Below, in pieces: positions 1-13,400 of a stretch of DNA of 64,000 nt. The stretch's first letter is position 1; the number at the start of each line of letters is the position of its first letter. The stretch comes from Spirogloea muscicola (Eukaryota): assembly GCA_009602725.1 (NCBI GenBank), contig WELB01000010.1, forward strand, positions 756,965-820,964. Direction: 5' to 3'. Below the pieces are notes generated by a model. It ran no database searches and had not been told where the DNA came from. It saw only the letters and a program-made list of their open reading frames with translations. The position numbers were made by a program, and so were the translations under genes.

Positions 1-1499
1 CCCTCCCTTTCCTCCTTCCCCCCTTTCCACACTTGACCTGTAGATAGGTAGTTAACTCAATTTTTTCATTCACATCAGCTGCAAATATGACTTAAATGCA
101 AAAGTCTCTGCACGTCAATCCAAGTGCTAGCAGCCTAATAAGGTATTGTCATCCGCATGACAAACTAAAGATCGTTTCCACGCACTAAGCTTTTGAAAAT
201 CATCTTTATTCGAGAACAATTGGATTTGCCCTCTTGTTCACTCCCTCCGCCCGTGTAGTGTATGTGTACAATAAAAGTCTCAAGAAGACTTGTCTATTCT
301 AACACTCAAATAATTCTGTTCCAACTTTTATTTCCGTTATTGTTTACTTTGATTCTGATCTCCTTCCACCTTTTCTGAAATGTGCAAATGTTATGACAAA
401 ATTTTTCTATCTTGTCAACAAACTGTTCTTAAACAAAGACGTTTATTCAGAAGAATTTTGAAAATATCATCTTGTCTCCATCTTCCCTTCACTGCGAAAA
501 AATACCATTACTTCCCAAGTAACATGTAAAAATTAAAAATATAAATATAATTATCATATATGAATATGAATATTTTGAATATAAAATTTGAATAAAAAAT
601 TGTAGTCAAACCATAAGATTTAGTCATATTTATCAATCTGAATAAACATTTTCGGAAAAAAATGCAATACATTGATAATTATATATACCATCACAACTCT
701 TCAATTCACTGAGTAAAATTCCTTAGCAACAAATACACTTCTACACCTAAATAAGTAACTGGAGTAGTGATAAATATATTATCTTCAACATAACTCTCTC
801 CCATACTATAAATAATGTTAGTTGAAAACTAAAATTGTGAAAGATCTTACCTACTACTTATTAACCGCGTCAAAAATTCGAAATGTAATTTATATTTCTG
901 ATGAACATTAAACTCGTATAGCTTACTACTATGCTTTATTGCTGTATTGTCGACAAATCAGACTGGTACGTCACATAGCAATGAAGCAGTGACCAAACTG
1001 CACGGTCGTTACAAACTGCACTTCTACATTTTGCAGATGATGTTATCAATCACATCGTTATGAAGAAGACGCAGCCTTTTGTCAATACCGTCCAGTACCA
1101 AGTGCAGGCATAGTTGATGTACATCCGAGGAAACTACGACGCCCCCTGTGGCAAGCGAGAGGCAGGCAGGGGGTAGCAGCTCATTGTGGGCCATCACTTT
1201 AACACGGCATGTCGTCGCCTCTTCATATGTACAAGTCGAAACTCCCGCGCCTTTTGCAAGTCAGAGGCGAGCCAGCGGCGAACGAGGGTCGCCATGGCGA
1301 CGGGCGACGGACAGCAGGCCACATCAGTTGCGACATGTGGCTGGCGGCGCCCGGTGCGCACGAAGTTAGAGAGATTACCGTGTTTTTGAAGGTGAGAAGG
1401 AGGGCCCCAGCCGAACCACTACTGTTTATGCAGACGGCAAGAGAAAAACAAGCGCAAACAAGAGGTCTACACGATGTGAGGCCCTGGCTGAGATGGGCA

Positions 1500-3910
1500 A
1501 AAGGGAAATGGAGTGTGTGTTGAGTTGATGGAGGGCCTGAGTGGCCAAGTACGAAGGCAATCACAATGCTGGTAGTGGCAAGGCGCGCTTTAGTACGGAG
1601 CGAAAGAACGAGAGAAGACGCGCGCGGTGCGCATGAGATCAAAGGGTGGCCAATTTGAGCCGATACACTGTTCAGGCGGTGAACGGCGTAGCGGGCGCTG
1701 CGCGGCGCCCGTCGTACCGAGCGCGGCGGCGGTCAGTGCGGGACGGCATGCCGGTCAGTGGTTCGGTCGGCGGAAGGCCCGGGGGGGGCCCGCCGCCCAG
1801 CGGCGGGCCCCGCCGCCCCGCTTCTCGCCGCGGCAGGCGGCGGCGGTGGCGGGGAACCCGGAGAGGGCGGCGCCACGCGCGGCCCTCACGAGCCCGGCGC
1901 GGCCCCCAGTTGCGACTACGAAGACCGCTGCTTCTGGAACTCGTCCACCCGTTTTTGGGTGGGCCCTTTCACGGCCCACGCCTTGCATCTGCGTGCTGGC
2001 CGTGCTCTCGCTGCGGCCTCCGGCTTTCGTCAGGGGGATAGTTTACCGGCAGCTAGTCTGTCGGATGTGAGGCTCCTCACTCGTAACTACTAAGTGGTCC
2101 ATCCTCCCCCGTTCTGCCATAGCCTCTTCAGGCCCCGCAGTCGCTGCTTAGCTCGTAGTTTGGCCCCTTCGAACCTTGTCAATTCTTTTCGGGCTGGCTT
2201 CTCACAGCCCTTGCCCCCATTGGGAGAGCCACTTCTTCTTTCACGGCCATCGCCCTTTTCTGCTGCTGGTCGAGCATTAATCAGCCCAGGCTAATGGCTT
2301 CCGTGGTGGTCGTTTGGCGCCTTAGCGCCTCAGTATAGCTTGTCAGATATGCATGTGCTCACTCGGGGATATTTAGTGTCCCCCTTAGCCAGCTCATTAC
2401 CCAGTTAACAGGACATTTGTAAGGCTTGAATTGGCCTCCCTCTCAACCTCATGTGCACCGCGCGCCTTCTCTCTCTTTTCTGACTTTGACTCAAAAGCGG
2501 TGCGCATACTTTCCAGCATACCGCAGACAAAAGTAGCCTGCTACAGCCTGTAGCAGGCTACCAAGGTCAAGTCATGTCATCCACTCCTGTGGGGCTGCCT
2601 CTCACCAGCGCCGCTCCACAGGGGATCTTGAGCACCCAGTGGGCCACTTGAGTCGCGGGTACTGAGCTTCCCTCTGCGGTCGTGTAGTGTCTAGCTGTGT
2701 GGTCTTCCTTTTTTCCGGGCTTCCTTTGGCTCTTTGGACCTTGTCCATTCTTTTGGGCTGCTGGCCTTTCCCACCCCTTACCCCCTATGGGCGAGCACTT
2801 CTTGCTTTAGCGCTTCCAGGAGCCCAGCTTCTCTGACCTAAGGCTGCTTAGCAGGGGTTACTGAGTGCCTCGTAGCTGCTTCGTTTCTTACTGTGCTTGT
2901 TTTTCTTAGCGCTTCCTTCCTGGCCCCCTCCTCGTACTTTGTTCATTCTTTTTGGAGCTGGCATTTCCAGCCCCTATCCTCAATGGGCGAGCCCTTTCTT
3001 CTGAGGTACTGAGCTTTCCTCTGCATCGTTTCTGTGTTCTGCAGTATGTTGTAGTGTAGTCCTTTCTCCGGCTCCTCTTGCTTTGGCTTTGGACATTGTC
3101 CATTCTTTTTTGGGCTGGCTTGGCCAGCCCCTCTTTTCTATGGGCGCGCTTTTCTCTTTCTTCTTTCCCCTACCCCCTATGGACGAGCACTTCTTTCGGT
3201 CCCCTTCAAAAGTTCGCTCATTCCTTTCTCTCGATTGGCCAATCACAGCCATCGCCCTCTGCTGGAAGAGTCCTTCTCTCCGACTTGCGGCTGCCAAGTC
3301 GATGTTAATACGCTCGCAGTCGCCGTAGTCTCTTGCATGGCTTTTTCTCTCTGGTGGCTGGCCTCTCCCGGCCACCAGTCAATCTTGCCAGTTACAGTTC
3401 TCACCCTTTCTGGAAGAGCTGCTACAAAACGCGGCTCTCGCTTAGCCTGCAGCACTCGCAGGCCCTGGCCCTGCAACAGCGTGCTTGGGCGCCGCACTAA
3501 GGGAGGCCGCGAATCTCTGCGAACCCTACGTTAGCTTGTCTGTTTGTCATCAGCTTACTAGGTACTGTGGCCCACCTTAGCCTAGCCCTTGCTTTCTTAG
3601 TCACAGTTTGTATAAAGCTGCTGCTTTATTTGGTCCCCACCCTTGCGGTTCTTTCCCTTGCAAGACTAGTATTGGCTCGGTTTGGCCTCATTTCCGATCC
3701 AAGCACACCGCGCGCTTCTTCTTCTTCTTCTCGCCGTCTCCTTGAGCGCCACGACGCTCGGATACTTGCCTACTTGGTCTTGCACCAAGGCGTTCAGTAT
3801 GTCTGGAGCGAGCTCAGCCCCGTGCTCTATACCCAGGAAGCTGGCCGAGCCTCTGACTGAGAAAGAAGGCGTTACCTGTGTCAGGCCAGCCCCAAAGAGA
3901 TGACAAAGGT
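1500..3910. mobile_element. Cluster of stacked CRE-like 3' fragments (mostly +)
   Basis: ORF ends HLRAGRALAAASGFRQGD...LLTRNY* (2093), SDMHVLTRGY (~2370) and SDLRLLSRGY* (~2864). Repeated TTGTCCATTCTTTTGGGCTGGC-type UTR motifs. 2374-2427 is essentially identical to 56656-56709. Confidence 0.7.
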
Positions 3911-5639
3911 AGGCGTGAAAGCGAACAAATAGTAAAACAAGAGGCTACTATTACCGGCCATTCACAAAGGCATAGTCAACCATACGAAGCCCTCTCCATA
4001 CGAAGCATCTCGCAACTTTCTCTGATGAGTGGGACGCTATCAATACTGGATCCAATAGCCAGTGCTCAATCCAAGCAGGTGCTCATGGTGCAATTTGGCA
4101 CTCTGATTGTTGCCAGCATCCATCACGAGACTACCCCGAACCACCACAATCTGGATAACGGTGAATGAGAGTTGGCCCATTCTGGTCCTAAAGTCCACGT
4201 GCGCTAGTGCGCCACCTTCTTCGTATACTACCGGCATAGCACTCTGATCTGGTGCTTAGAATCGTATATGATTGTTGTCATATATGCCTGTGTTCCTTGT
4301 GACAAGCTCTTTCTTCACCTCCTCAAGTATATTCATCACTCCAAGAGAGCATTGACAGTCTCATAACTCCTGGCCATGCAAGCTTAGCATTTGCGCTGAC
4401 AGCGCAATGCTTGTTTAGCTGCTTCTTGTCAAGTACTTCCTTGCTAGATATAGGCTCACTCCTGAAGTGCCACCCTTCATATACAGGTTACTCTTTTGGG
4501 AACTAACCTTACATATGATGGGGTTTAGTCAAATTTGCAATTGTTAGCAGAAGATCTGGCTTGACAATTTACATACGCTGGATGCCTTATCATGACCAGC
4601 TCTATGTTATCAGAGAGTCCTCTTTACGAATCGCCTATTGTGGTGCAGATGTGTTGTCGGTCGTCTACATTCACTCGACCGTCGTCATTAATCTGCATAA
4701 GGCGTCACCAATCTGCATAAGGAGAACGTCTTGTCTTGCTGCTGGTGACGGCAGCTTTCCTAGCTGCCTGCTTAGCACACCTGACAGCTAGTACGCTTGT
4801 GTGCCAAGCGTAGGCTAGACAGTTGTGCTCTACATGCTTTATTGCATAGTGGATCTGAGATGGCGCCAGTTTTAAAGAAAAGGCCCTTGGCAGGGCTTGT
4901 GGGATATGTTGACTACCCGGTAGGTGGCTCTGGAGGTGGGATACGTAACTACGGTGGACTGCAATGGCGGAGCCACTAATGACACTGTTCTTGAGATTGT
5001 GGGCTTACATACGTTCTGGAGGTCGCTCACATGCCTACACATATTGTACTGAAATTAAGGACCGTCCCGGGCCCAGCCAAGCAGCCTGGGCAGTGCCCTC
5101 GCGCAGCTTTAATGGCTTGAGTTACTTATCAGCTGCATGCGCGCTCGATGTCGTGCTGCATGCGCGCTCCATGCCCTGCATGCGCTGCATGCACGCCGTC
5201 CCACCAGCGGACATGTGCTTGCCGGGGTAGGTATGTCGCCTGTGCATTTTGGAATGCTTAAGGTATACTCAAGTAACGGCCCTGCATCAGATGGCTTGGA
5301 TGCTCTTGCAAGTGGCTCGTGGGTTTGCAGGCGATTTTACACCCACACATGCCCTGATGAAGTGCGTCACTGTCTCCAGAAAGATCACTCAAGATAAGAA
5401 AGCACTGTGTCATGCCAGGAGTCTGAGGACAAAAGACTGGGTCCAATGTCTGTCTTGGCCACGGAGCTCATTCACTTCAATCTAGTACATGACGAGTCTG
5501 GCCTTTGGCTCCTGCAGTGTGACAAATGACAATGCATACGTGGATTGACTTGCGGATTCATCCTCAGCGGCTAATCTCCACATTAGTACTTCCTTTCCGG
5601 AAGGATTAGTTCAGCATTCAGCAACCCTTGTCTCGTCAT

Positions 5640-6830
5640 TGACAGAGATCTTGTAAATCAATGCCCACAAAGTCATCAACATGTCATGCTTTGCTTTGGT
5701 GCGAAGCGTACCAACTCTATGTATGGCTGTCTCAGGAAATCTCAGGGATGTCAAGCGGCCCAAGGCTGACGGCGTACTCTTACGTAGCTCTGGGGTCTGC
5801 TAAGATATCAGGTGTTTGCAGAAGTCTTGCTGAGCAAGCAGCACAATTGGCATCGTAAGTGCCTTGTGCAGAATGCAACTGTTATCCGTCACATTCTCAA
5901 AGTGCTGGGCATCTAGACTGACTTGCTTACTCGCTGTAGCCTGGCTTAGTTCCAACGAGCTGAGGGGTGCTACCTGTGAGGCTCCTAAGACCGACTCTCT
6001 ACCAACTGCGCTTGGAGATAAGAATATGTCATCTAACCTGAGGTTCAGCTTCTTTTGGCAAGTCCAATAAGACTGGGTACCTCCTCATGCACACCTTACC
6101 GTCCACAAATATATGCTGGCTCTCTGGTCAGGCAGCGCTACCAAATTTGGATAGATTTTCAGAGTCTCTTTAGGCAATGAACAGCAAAAAGCATCAGCTC
6201 GTACAACAGGCTCCCAGCTATGATAGTAAAGTCAGTGCAGTGCACCTCCACTTCACAGTTTAGTAGTGAGCTCCGTTTGTATACTGAAGCAGCCTCTTGG
6301 AAGCAGGTCTCGACCTGTCTATAGAGAGAAAGTCCGCATTGCTCTATTATCAAACTACTCTTGTGACAGGCTTCGCAGCATCAGAAGCAGTCTAAAACAG
6401 GACGTCATCCCATACTTCTGCCAATTTCCATGGCGAAGCCGCCCTGGCAGCTAGTAAGTGTTAATACAAGGTATTCTTCCACAGATATATTTCGAGCTTG
6501 GGGAGCCGACAGTGGCCGTTTGCCTGGATGGAACAGTCACCTGCCGCTCGCGACCTGTCACCAATGCTGCTGGCAACAATATTGCCGAACCATGAACCAT
6601 CCCAGCACGAGTGTTGACATTCAATTTGCTGAAAGTAGGTCTGATGATGCAGAGGCCATCCTCTGCCAAAAGATGCGGAGATGACGAGGTTTGTATGTCT
6701 TGATATCATGACGTCCAGGCTACATGAGTGACCCAAAGACAACACATTGAGCAGCTCCACTGCGTCGTGACTGCGTCGCGTTGGCCCTAAGACTGAAAAT
6801 AGATCCTTACAAAGGTCGCCTTCTATGCGA
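5640..6830 (-). mobile_element. Heavily decayed Ty1/Copia RT-RNaseH remnant
   Basis: Minus-strand fragments across frameshifts occur in Copia order: *KATFVRIYFQS*G (~YKARLVARGxxQxxG), GWPLHHQ, CRLPK, GSLLY..FAVHCLKR, KRS*TSG, ATASKQ, FLRQ..IELV, FTRSL (~FTKAL). Confidence 0.5.
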
Positions 6831-6845
6831 ACTAGTGTGATTGTG

Positions 6846-9800
6846 TTAGGAATTTAAAGAATCACTACCAACATTGGACGCAACCTTGCCACGAAGTCGT
6901 CTAGCCTCTTGCATTGCAAGGATTTCCACATGACCCTCTCGCTCTTTCTGGCCCTGACTACCTTGCACCACCTCCTTCCTCTTTCTCCTCAGCTTCCTCC
7001 TGCACGCAGGGTGAGGCATTACTAAAACTTTCAGAACCTGACAAAGACATATTGTCTCCTCTTTGTAACAAACAAAGCAATCAGCAAAACCAGCAATATG
7101 ATCACACGTATATGAGAAGCTGGCACACCTGACAGGAAGTCGTGGCTCTATGATCCCCCTGCGCTGAAAGCTCTTGAACCTTTCCCTTGTTAATGTGCTA
7201 CAACCCTGGCACAGCAACCAGACTGTCAGACACTATTGGCAAGCAAGCAACTGAAACAAGGATAAGCTAAGAAACAAAAATGCATGTGACTGGAACCAAG
7301 TAATTCGATCAGGTGTGCACCTTCAATTTCCGCAGGCATCCCGTAAGTTCGCTCGTCAGAAGTACTTGCACAGGCTCTGGCTTGAACCTAGTGTCGGGAA
7401 GCACCGTGGCAACAAGTTACATTCAGCAGGACAGTCATGCATTACCGTTGTACTAATATCAATTGCCTCCACAGGTAAGACAGTCTAGAGAATCTGGAGC
7501 AGCTCACAAACTTGCACCATAAAGCCTAGAGTCTGAGCTCAAGATGCCATAACCATGACAGAGTTGCATGAAAGTACCTCTGCTTTCCTAAACGAGGGGG
7601 ACCCTCCAGCCGCTTCTCCTCCCTTGCTATTTTCCGTCGTACACGTCGATCCAGTAATGACAGGGCATTATCTTCCAGCTCCTCCAGTAACTCAGGCAGT
7701 CTTCTCAGAGCATCATCAGCAAACACTGATTAAGGATGACTTGACTCTTTGACTGTTCACATACTTCTTGGTAGCTATTTTCATCTGCCGATGACCTTCA
7801 GAAGCAAGCTCCAAGAAAGCTTCTCTCCAGAAACACATCAGAATCACATCCATCAATGTTTTTCCCATACAGGATAGCGGGGTTTTCATGGAAAGAGGTG
7901 GTTAAACCGCAAGGTTAAGCTTGTATTGTAGAGATAAGTCCTAACGTAATGCGCATCAACAAGGAGTAAGATATAGGAACTAGGCTTTAGGTTTAGGCTT
8001 AAAATATTTGGCAATTACGTGTGCAGAATGATAGAGCAGTAGGGTGGACGGAGTGCTATCAGCCCTCCGTCCAGCCCTCCGTCCACTATACAGATCTGAA
8101 GGTAAGGTTCCAGAATGACAAAGGAGCATACATCCATAGAGGACTTGTCAAGTCAGCCAGGCTTGAGTTTCTAATACCTTGCGATGTCCTTGGCGGATCG
8201 CTTTTTGACAAGCTGCTCAGCCTGTAGCTTCTCAGCAGCAACTCTTCGCATCCGCCGATTCAAGTCAGCTCTTGTCAGCTTCGTCTGTCGTTGACCTCTG
8301 CATTGAGCAACAGATTCAGCGGATCATAGAGAGTCATGGTGACAAGATAGCTAAGGACAGACCCTGCCTTGCCATGTCACAAGCAAGAGCAGATGTGTAA
8401 AGCAGATGCCATCACTCGGCTTAGAAACTGAAGATTGTGCCAGTCAGCAGCTGGTCTATACTTGACTTGGGTAGGTTGTGCACCGTCCACCTCCTCATCA
8501 TCCCCTTCTTTGTCCTCCGCAGTCTCCAGGTAAAACATCTACTACCCCATATACAAAGAGATAAGATGCTGAGGGACGGGCATTGAGTGGTTGTACAAGT
8601 TGCAAACGCCTGTGCAAGGGAGTAACAACAGGCCAGGAAGTCCAGTCTGCGGTAATGTGATCACTCAACTGACCTCTTCCTCGCTGAGCGGTGGTCTGCC
8701 TTCAGGCAGAGTCATAGGCACCGGTTCAGGTTCCAGCTCCTTCTGCAGCATTGTTCGCATTTCCTGTGCAACGGCCACACCAAGCGCGTCCTGTGGTGCA
8801 AAGACGCAAATAGAATGGGCTCAATATGAGCCCCCTGCTCAGATTGGCAATAAGCTGAGGCATCGTGCAATTAAGATGGCAATCCCGTCTGCAAGGCACA
8901 TCCTTACCTGGTGGGACTGCTGGGAAGGATTGTAGGAGCAGCCAGGAACATCAATCTCCACCGCTACCGCAGCCGTAGGCACCTGCTTTGACAACTTGCG
9001 GGTGGCCGTGCTGGCGGATATCGGCAAGTCTGACATTTCTTGTGGAGCTGCTCCAATCCAAACGTCCTTCGCATCGTTCAATTGTGACACTGCCTGTTGG
9101 CGCTGTTGGACGGCACGTAATGCAGGCTGTCAGCACGGTCGCCCAGAAGGGCGAGCGTCTTGAGGATGCACTAGCACCGCAAGGCGAGGCCTGTGGTGTT
9201 GAGCAGCCGAGGACAAACGGTCAGAAGCCTCAGAAAGGTATGTGATGCCCTTGTAGTCCAATCCTGCGCAAGCTTAGAAAGCCCTGACAAATCCGGAGTG
9301 CTAACAATCTTTACAGCAGGTCTCTATTTCCATATTCAAGACTGCCGAGTAAGCCTCCTGAGAGGTCAGGGTGGGGATGTGGGGGAAGTGGGGGGCCAGC
9401 AGGAGAGCAGCTCAATGCCGTCCTTCGCATGCAGTCTTGTGTCAATGACGGCATTCACTCTCACACAGCTGGGCAGATAACAGTCGGGAAGGTCGTGCAC
9501 GCACGAAAAGGGAGATACATCTGCACCCCAGGTAGCTTCTTAGGTGTGTGTCGAGTGCATCATAGCGCTTAGGGTTTCGTCCTTGTTCAATCGTAGTGGG
9601 CCAGGCCACGCTGCCATCGGTAGAAACTGCTGGATGGTCGTCGACGCGGCCACGACAAGGGGCGCAGATCGGCTAGGCGTGACGTCCTAGACCGGCCAGT
9701 CGGCCTGTCCCCTGGTGTGTTGCGCTCACCTTGGGGGGCCTGGCTCGGGCCAGGCTTACGGACGCCTTGGCGGCAGGCGGCTTGGTCACGTCGCCTTGCA

Positions 9801-10092
9801 AGGCGCCCGCACGCTTCTGGCGCGCGGGCCACGCGACCGCCGGCACCAGGGACGCGCGCTGCAGCGCGCTGTCGCAGCGCAGCGCCCGGCGCCGGTGCCG
9901 CTCCGTCTTCCTCAGTGGCGGCGAGTGGGCCTTGGCCTTGTCGAGGAAGAAGAGGTCGGCGTCCGGCACGGCGTCCAGCGGGCCGCCGCATCGCGCGTCC
10001 GCGGCCTCCGCCGCGGCCGCGGCCTCGAGGTCGCTGGCGTCGATGCGCCGCCACTCCTTCTTCCCACGCCGCGACGCCCCGTCCTTGCCCAT
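6846..10092 (-). CDS. NOP53: Ribosome biogenesis protein NOP53 (GLTSCR2/PICT1 family), multi-exon
   Basis: ATG at 10092. Exon 1 (10092-9730) reads MGKDGASRRGKKEWRRID...PLDAVPDADLFFLDK. Later exons give AVEIDVPGCSYNPSQQSHQ|DALGVAVAQEM, PPRLGKQR|FKPEPVQVLLTSELTGCLRKLK|GCSTLTRERFKSFQRRGIIEPR, which are hallmark Nop53 motifs. GT-AG boundaries; stop at 6846. Confidence 0.93.
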
Positions 10093-10437
10093 GGCCGCGC
10101 TCGGCTGCCGTACCGCTCGGTTGCGGCTCACCGGGCGACCTCGGCGAGCGGCGGCGCCGCTGCCGCCGCCACCACCGCCGNCCCTCCATGCTGACCCCCG
10201 CCCCGGTGAGGCCCCCATTACCCGCGCCGCCTCTGCAGCCCATGTCGGAGCTCTCCCGGCCTCCGGTTCCCATCCCTGCGACCCCCCCACACATGCTCGC
10301 CACTGCCGCCCCGCCCCCATGACCCCTTCCGGGCGGCCGCGGCAGCCTGACACCGCCGCCGTCGCTGGAGCCATCGCCGGCGCCGCTAGGGACTCTGCAG
10401 CCGACGCGGACGGCACTCCCCTCCTGACGGCCCGCCA

Positions 10438-13400
10438 GAGATGGTGGAGAGGATCCCGGTGTTTCTGGAGGTGCTACGCCGCGAGTAAGCTGCCTGGGGC
10501 TGCCTGCTTCAGAAGCGTGTCGCTCTTGTCGTCCCGGTCCGTTCGGTGATCGCGCCTCCAGCTCTGCAGCACTGGAGACATAACAGGTGATATGGATCTG
10601 GACAACGTCCCGAGGCTCGCCACTTGCCAGACAAGCGGGCGCTGCCACGGGGCATTGAGTCTCCCGCCACCTGAACCAGGCCTGCAGCGTACTCTCCCCT
10701 TTCAAGTGTGCCAGCGCTGCAGCGACCCGCGCGTGCTAGCTGCTTCGTGCCTCTATCCTTTGTCCACTAGTCCAACAGTGTCTGGTCAGTCACTTGAAGA
10801 TTGCAAGATATATTAGTGACGACTGTGATCAGTGTACTCGATGCAGTAGCGTTCAGCAACTTTAGAGCAAATTTGCATGTCGGAGTCTTGCGTGCAAGCT
10901 TTGAGGAGCAGCATTTTCTTGACCTTCATAGCAGCTAGCAATTCCCACTACTCGATCCCTTCAGGGGCGACAGGTATTGAACCTCCTTTAGGAGGCAGCA
11001 ACTGCAGTACAACCCGTGCCTGCTACGCTACTTGTTTGCTGATGAGGTAATAATGTCGTACTTTGCGAGCGGCAGGCACGGAGACCTCCAGAAGAAGGAA
11101 GCTCTAGACTACCTTCTCGCACTTGGAGTCTCCTCAAGAGAAGGGATACAAGCACTTTTGTCCGCAAACACACTCGCAGTGGCAGCCGGGGTCATCGCGA
11201 CTGATAATGCATCCGGTGTGGCTCTCTCACACCTCCAACTTCCAGATATCAGCTTGTACAGCATGGTTGCTGGCACCTGTCCTCGTGGATTCATGTTGCT
11301 TGAATATGGTCTCCTTCAGCTTGGACGGCTGCTAGCCGAGGTGTGCAGTAGTAGAGTACATGCTTGACTTCTTCCATTTAAACTGTCACATGTCACTTTC
11401 TGCAGCTGCACCGTGGTTTACTCCACTTCTACACCTCCTGGTGCTTGTTTTAAGTGAGGGCTACTCTGAGGGAGTCGGATCAAATAATGTAGAAAGCCTG
11501 GCCACCACGGTGCGTATCTACCTGCTTGTTGTGATTTTGCAATTATCAGATTAAAAAAGCAACAACAACATATGCTTGCGTATTGCGCAAATGAAGCAGC
11601 CACACCTCTCTAGTGCACAGGTCTTAAGTCGCCAGAAGCACAGCCAGTAACTAGATATCAAGACAAGTGTAATATGAGCATTCCAGCTTACGCAAGGCAG
11701 CACTTCTGCATACATCTACTGCAGGTTAAAATTCTTGGTAATGAATTTGGTACAAGACAAGATGAGCTCAAGTTTGGCACACTGACCTGCCTTCTGGTGC
11801 TTTTGAAGTCTGCTGACTCTGTGAGCTAAGCAAAGATACCTCTCACAACATAAGAGATGACATTGCTCTTTCGGTAACCCCCACGAAGAGTTGCCGGTAG
11901 ATAACGACTGGCTTTGTTGAGTGTTTTCTGTACTCTTGACTGGCATGTGATAATTGGGATGTGGTGATTGTGACAGAGCGCCATCAAATCCAAGTTGAGG
12001 TCAACAGATGACAAGAATTGGCTTCAACCTGTGCGGACAGGAATTGGTCAGATTCTGCACAGTCGAGTCGGTGAGATAGCTCTAGCTCTTTAGGCAGGAC
12101 ACTTCATGTGCTTTAAGTGTCCTAGTTCTTGTGACAGCCCTGAGAATTCTTCAATGTTGAGCGACTGCATTGTTGGCAGCACTTTGCTGTATAAGAAGTG
12201 AGACCTGATTAAGGTAATTCAATGATTATCCCAAGCAGAAGTGATTGAGCTTGGAAAATTGCTCACTGATGTCTATCTGCATGACCCCCCTTCTGCGACA
12301 TTGCAACCGTACATTGTCATTTGGTACAGCCCCGGAACACAGACAAGCTGCCCTGCGACTTGCAAATGAGGTTGTTGACATCAGTGAGGAGGGTTGGCTG
12401 TTGGGACCCATGACCAAGCCAAAAGAAAGGACAACATACCCGCCTGAGAGGTGCTCAAGCTGGTGCTCAAGCTCTCGTGCGCCGTGCAAACTTGTGCTGA
12501 TTCTGAAAATTCCAGGTGAGGCTGATGATATTACATGTCCGCATCTGATGTTTGGCCTTCTCTGGAGCAGGTTCTTCCTTCTGATTGTGGAGACGCTGGG
12601 TGTTGAGATTCCCATTCTTCTACAAGAACTAGTCCATGGGAAGCAAGCAAGTAGCCAGGCTGTGCACCAGGACAAGTTTCTGCAACTGCAGCTGAAGGTC
12701 TCAGAAAATTTCTTGCTTCTTGAGCACGTAATCGAGGCAACTGCAACAGCAGCAGCAGCTTCGGAGTCCACTCAGGAGCAGATTGAAGGTCGGAAAGGTA
12801 TGTCCGTGGTTTATCTGCTTGTAAGATAGGTGCATTACTAGTTCTCAGATATTCCTATGAGGAACTTGTGAGCAGAAACTTTATGGTAATAAAGAAGCAC
12901 CAGAAAGGTTGGATGGCAAGCGGTATCTAGGGTACCAGGTGTTGGGTAAAATTCGTTGGCCCTCTTGTAGTTGAGCAGTTTCAAATGTTGGTCGTCAACA
13001 ACACCTTCCACTAGTTTGCACTAGCCTGCATGCTGTGATCAGGGCAGCTTCCTGTATCCTCAATGTGTGAAGGCTGCATTGACAGACAGAATGGATGCAG
13101 GTGTGGTGAGCGACATTGCACTACGTAAAGCAGTGGCATCATTAGGAGACATAATTGCTGTGGTCCTTGAATACTTGGAAAAGGCGAAGGCAAGTCAAGC
13201 AACCGCGTTGATGACTAAATCTATCAGAGGTTCAGCTTTGCTTTGCTCCATGTCCCCACTAGAAGAGATTGGAAGTCGTCCAGTGCCATGCACTCTTACC
13301 AGGTCATTGTGGCCAACAGGAAAAGAAATGGAGTAAGGATGACAGTGTGCTGGCAGCAGTGCGATTGGTAGGGCATTACTTAGCTGAAGTTCCGGAGGCA

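Noticed and set aside
5134..5195. Repeated TGCATGC (RY-like) motifs
   Set aside because: Short low-complexity run, not near an identified gene start.
8040..8090. Small hairpin and 12-bp duplication in a NOP53 intron as a possible snoRNA
   Set aside because: No convincing C/D or H/ACA boxes on the sense strand.
9587..10705. Multiple overlapping Arg/Pro/Ala-rich ORFs
   Set aside because: GC-island artefacts; only the NOP53 frame has family motifs.
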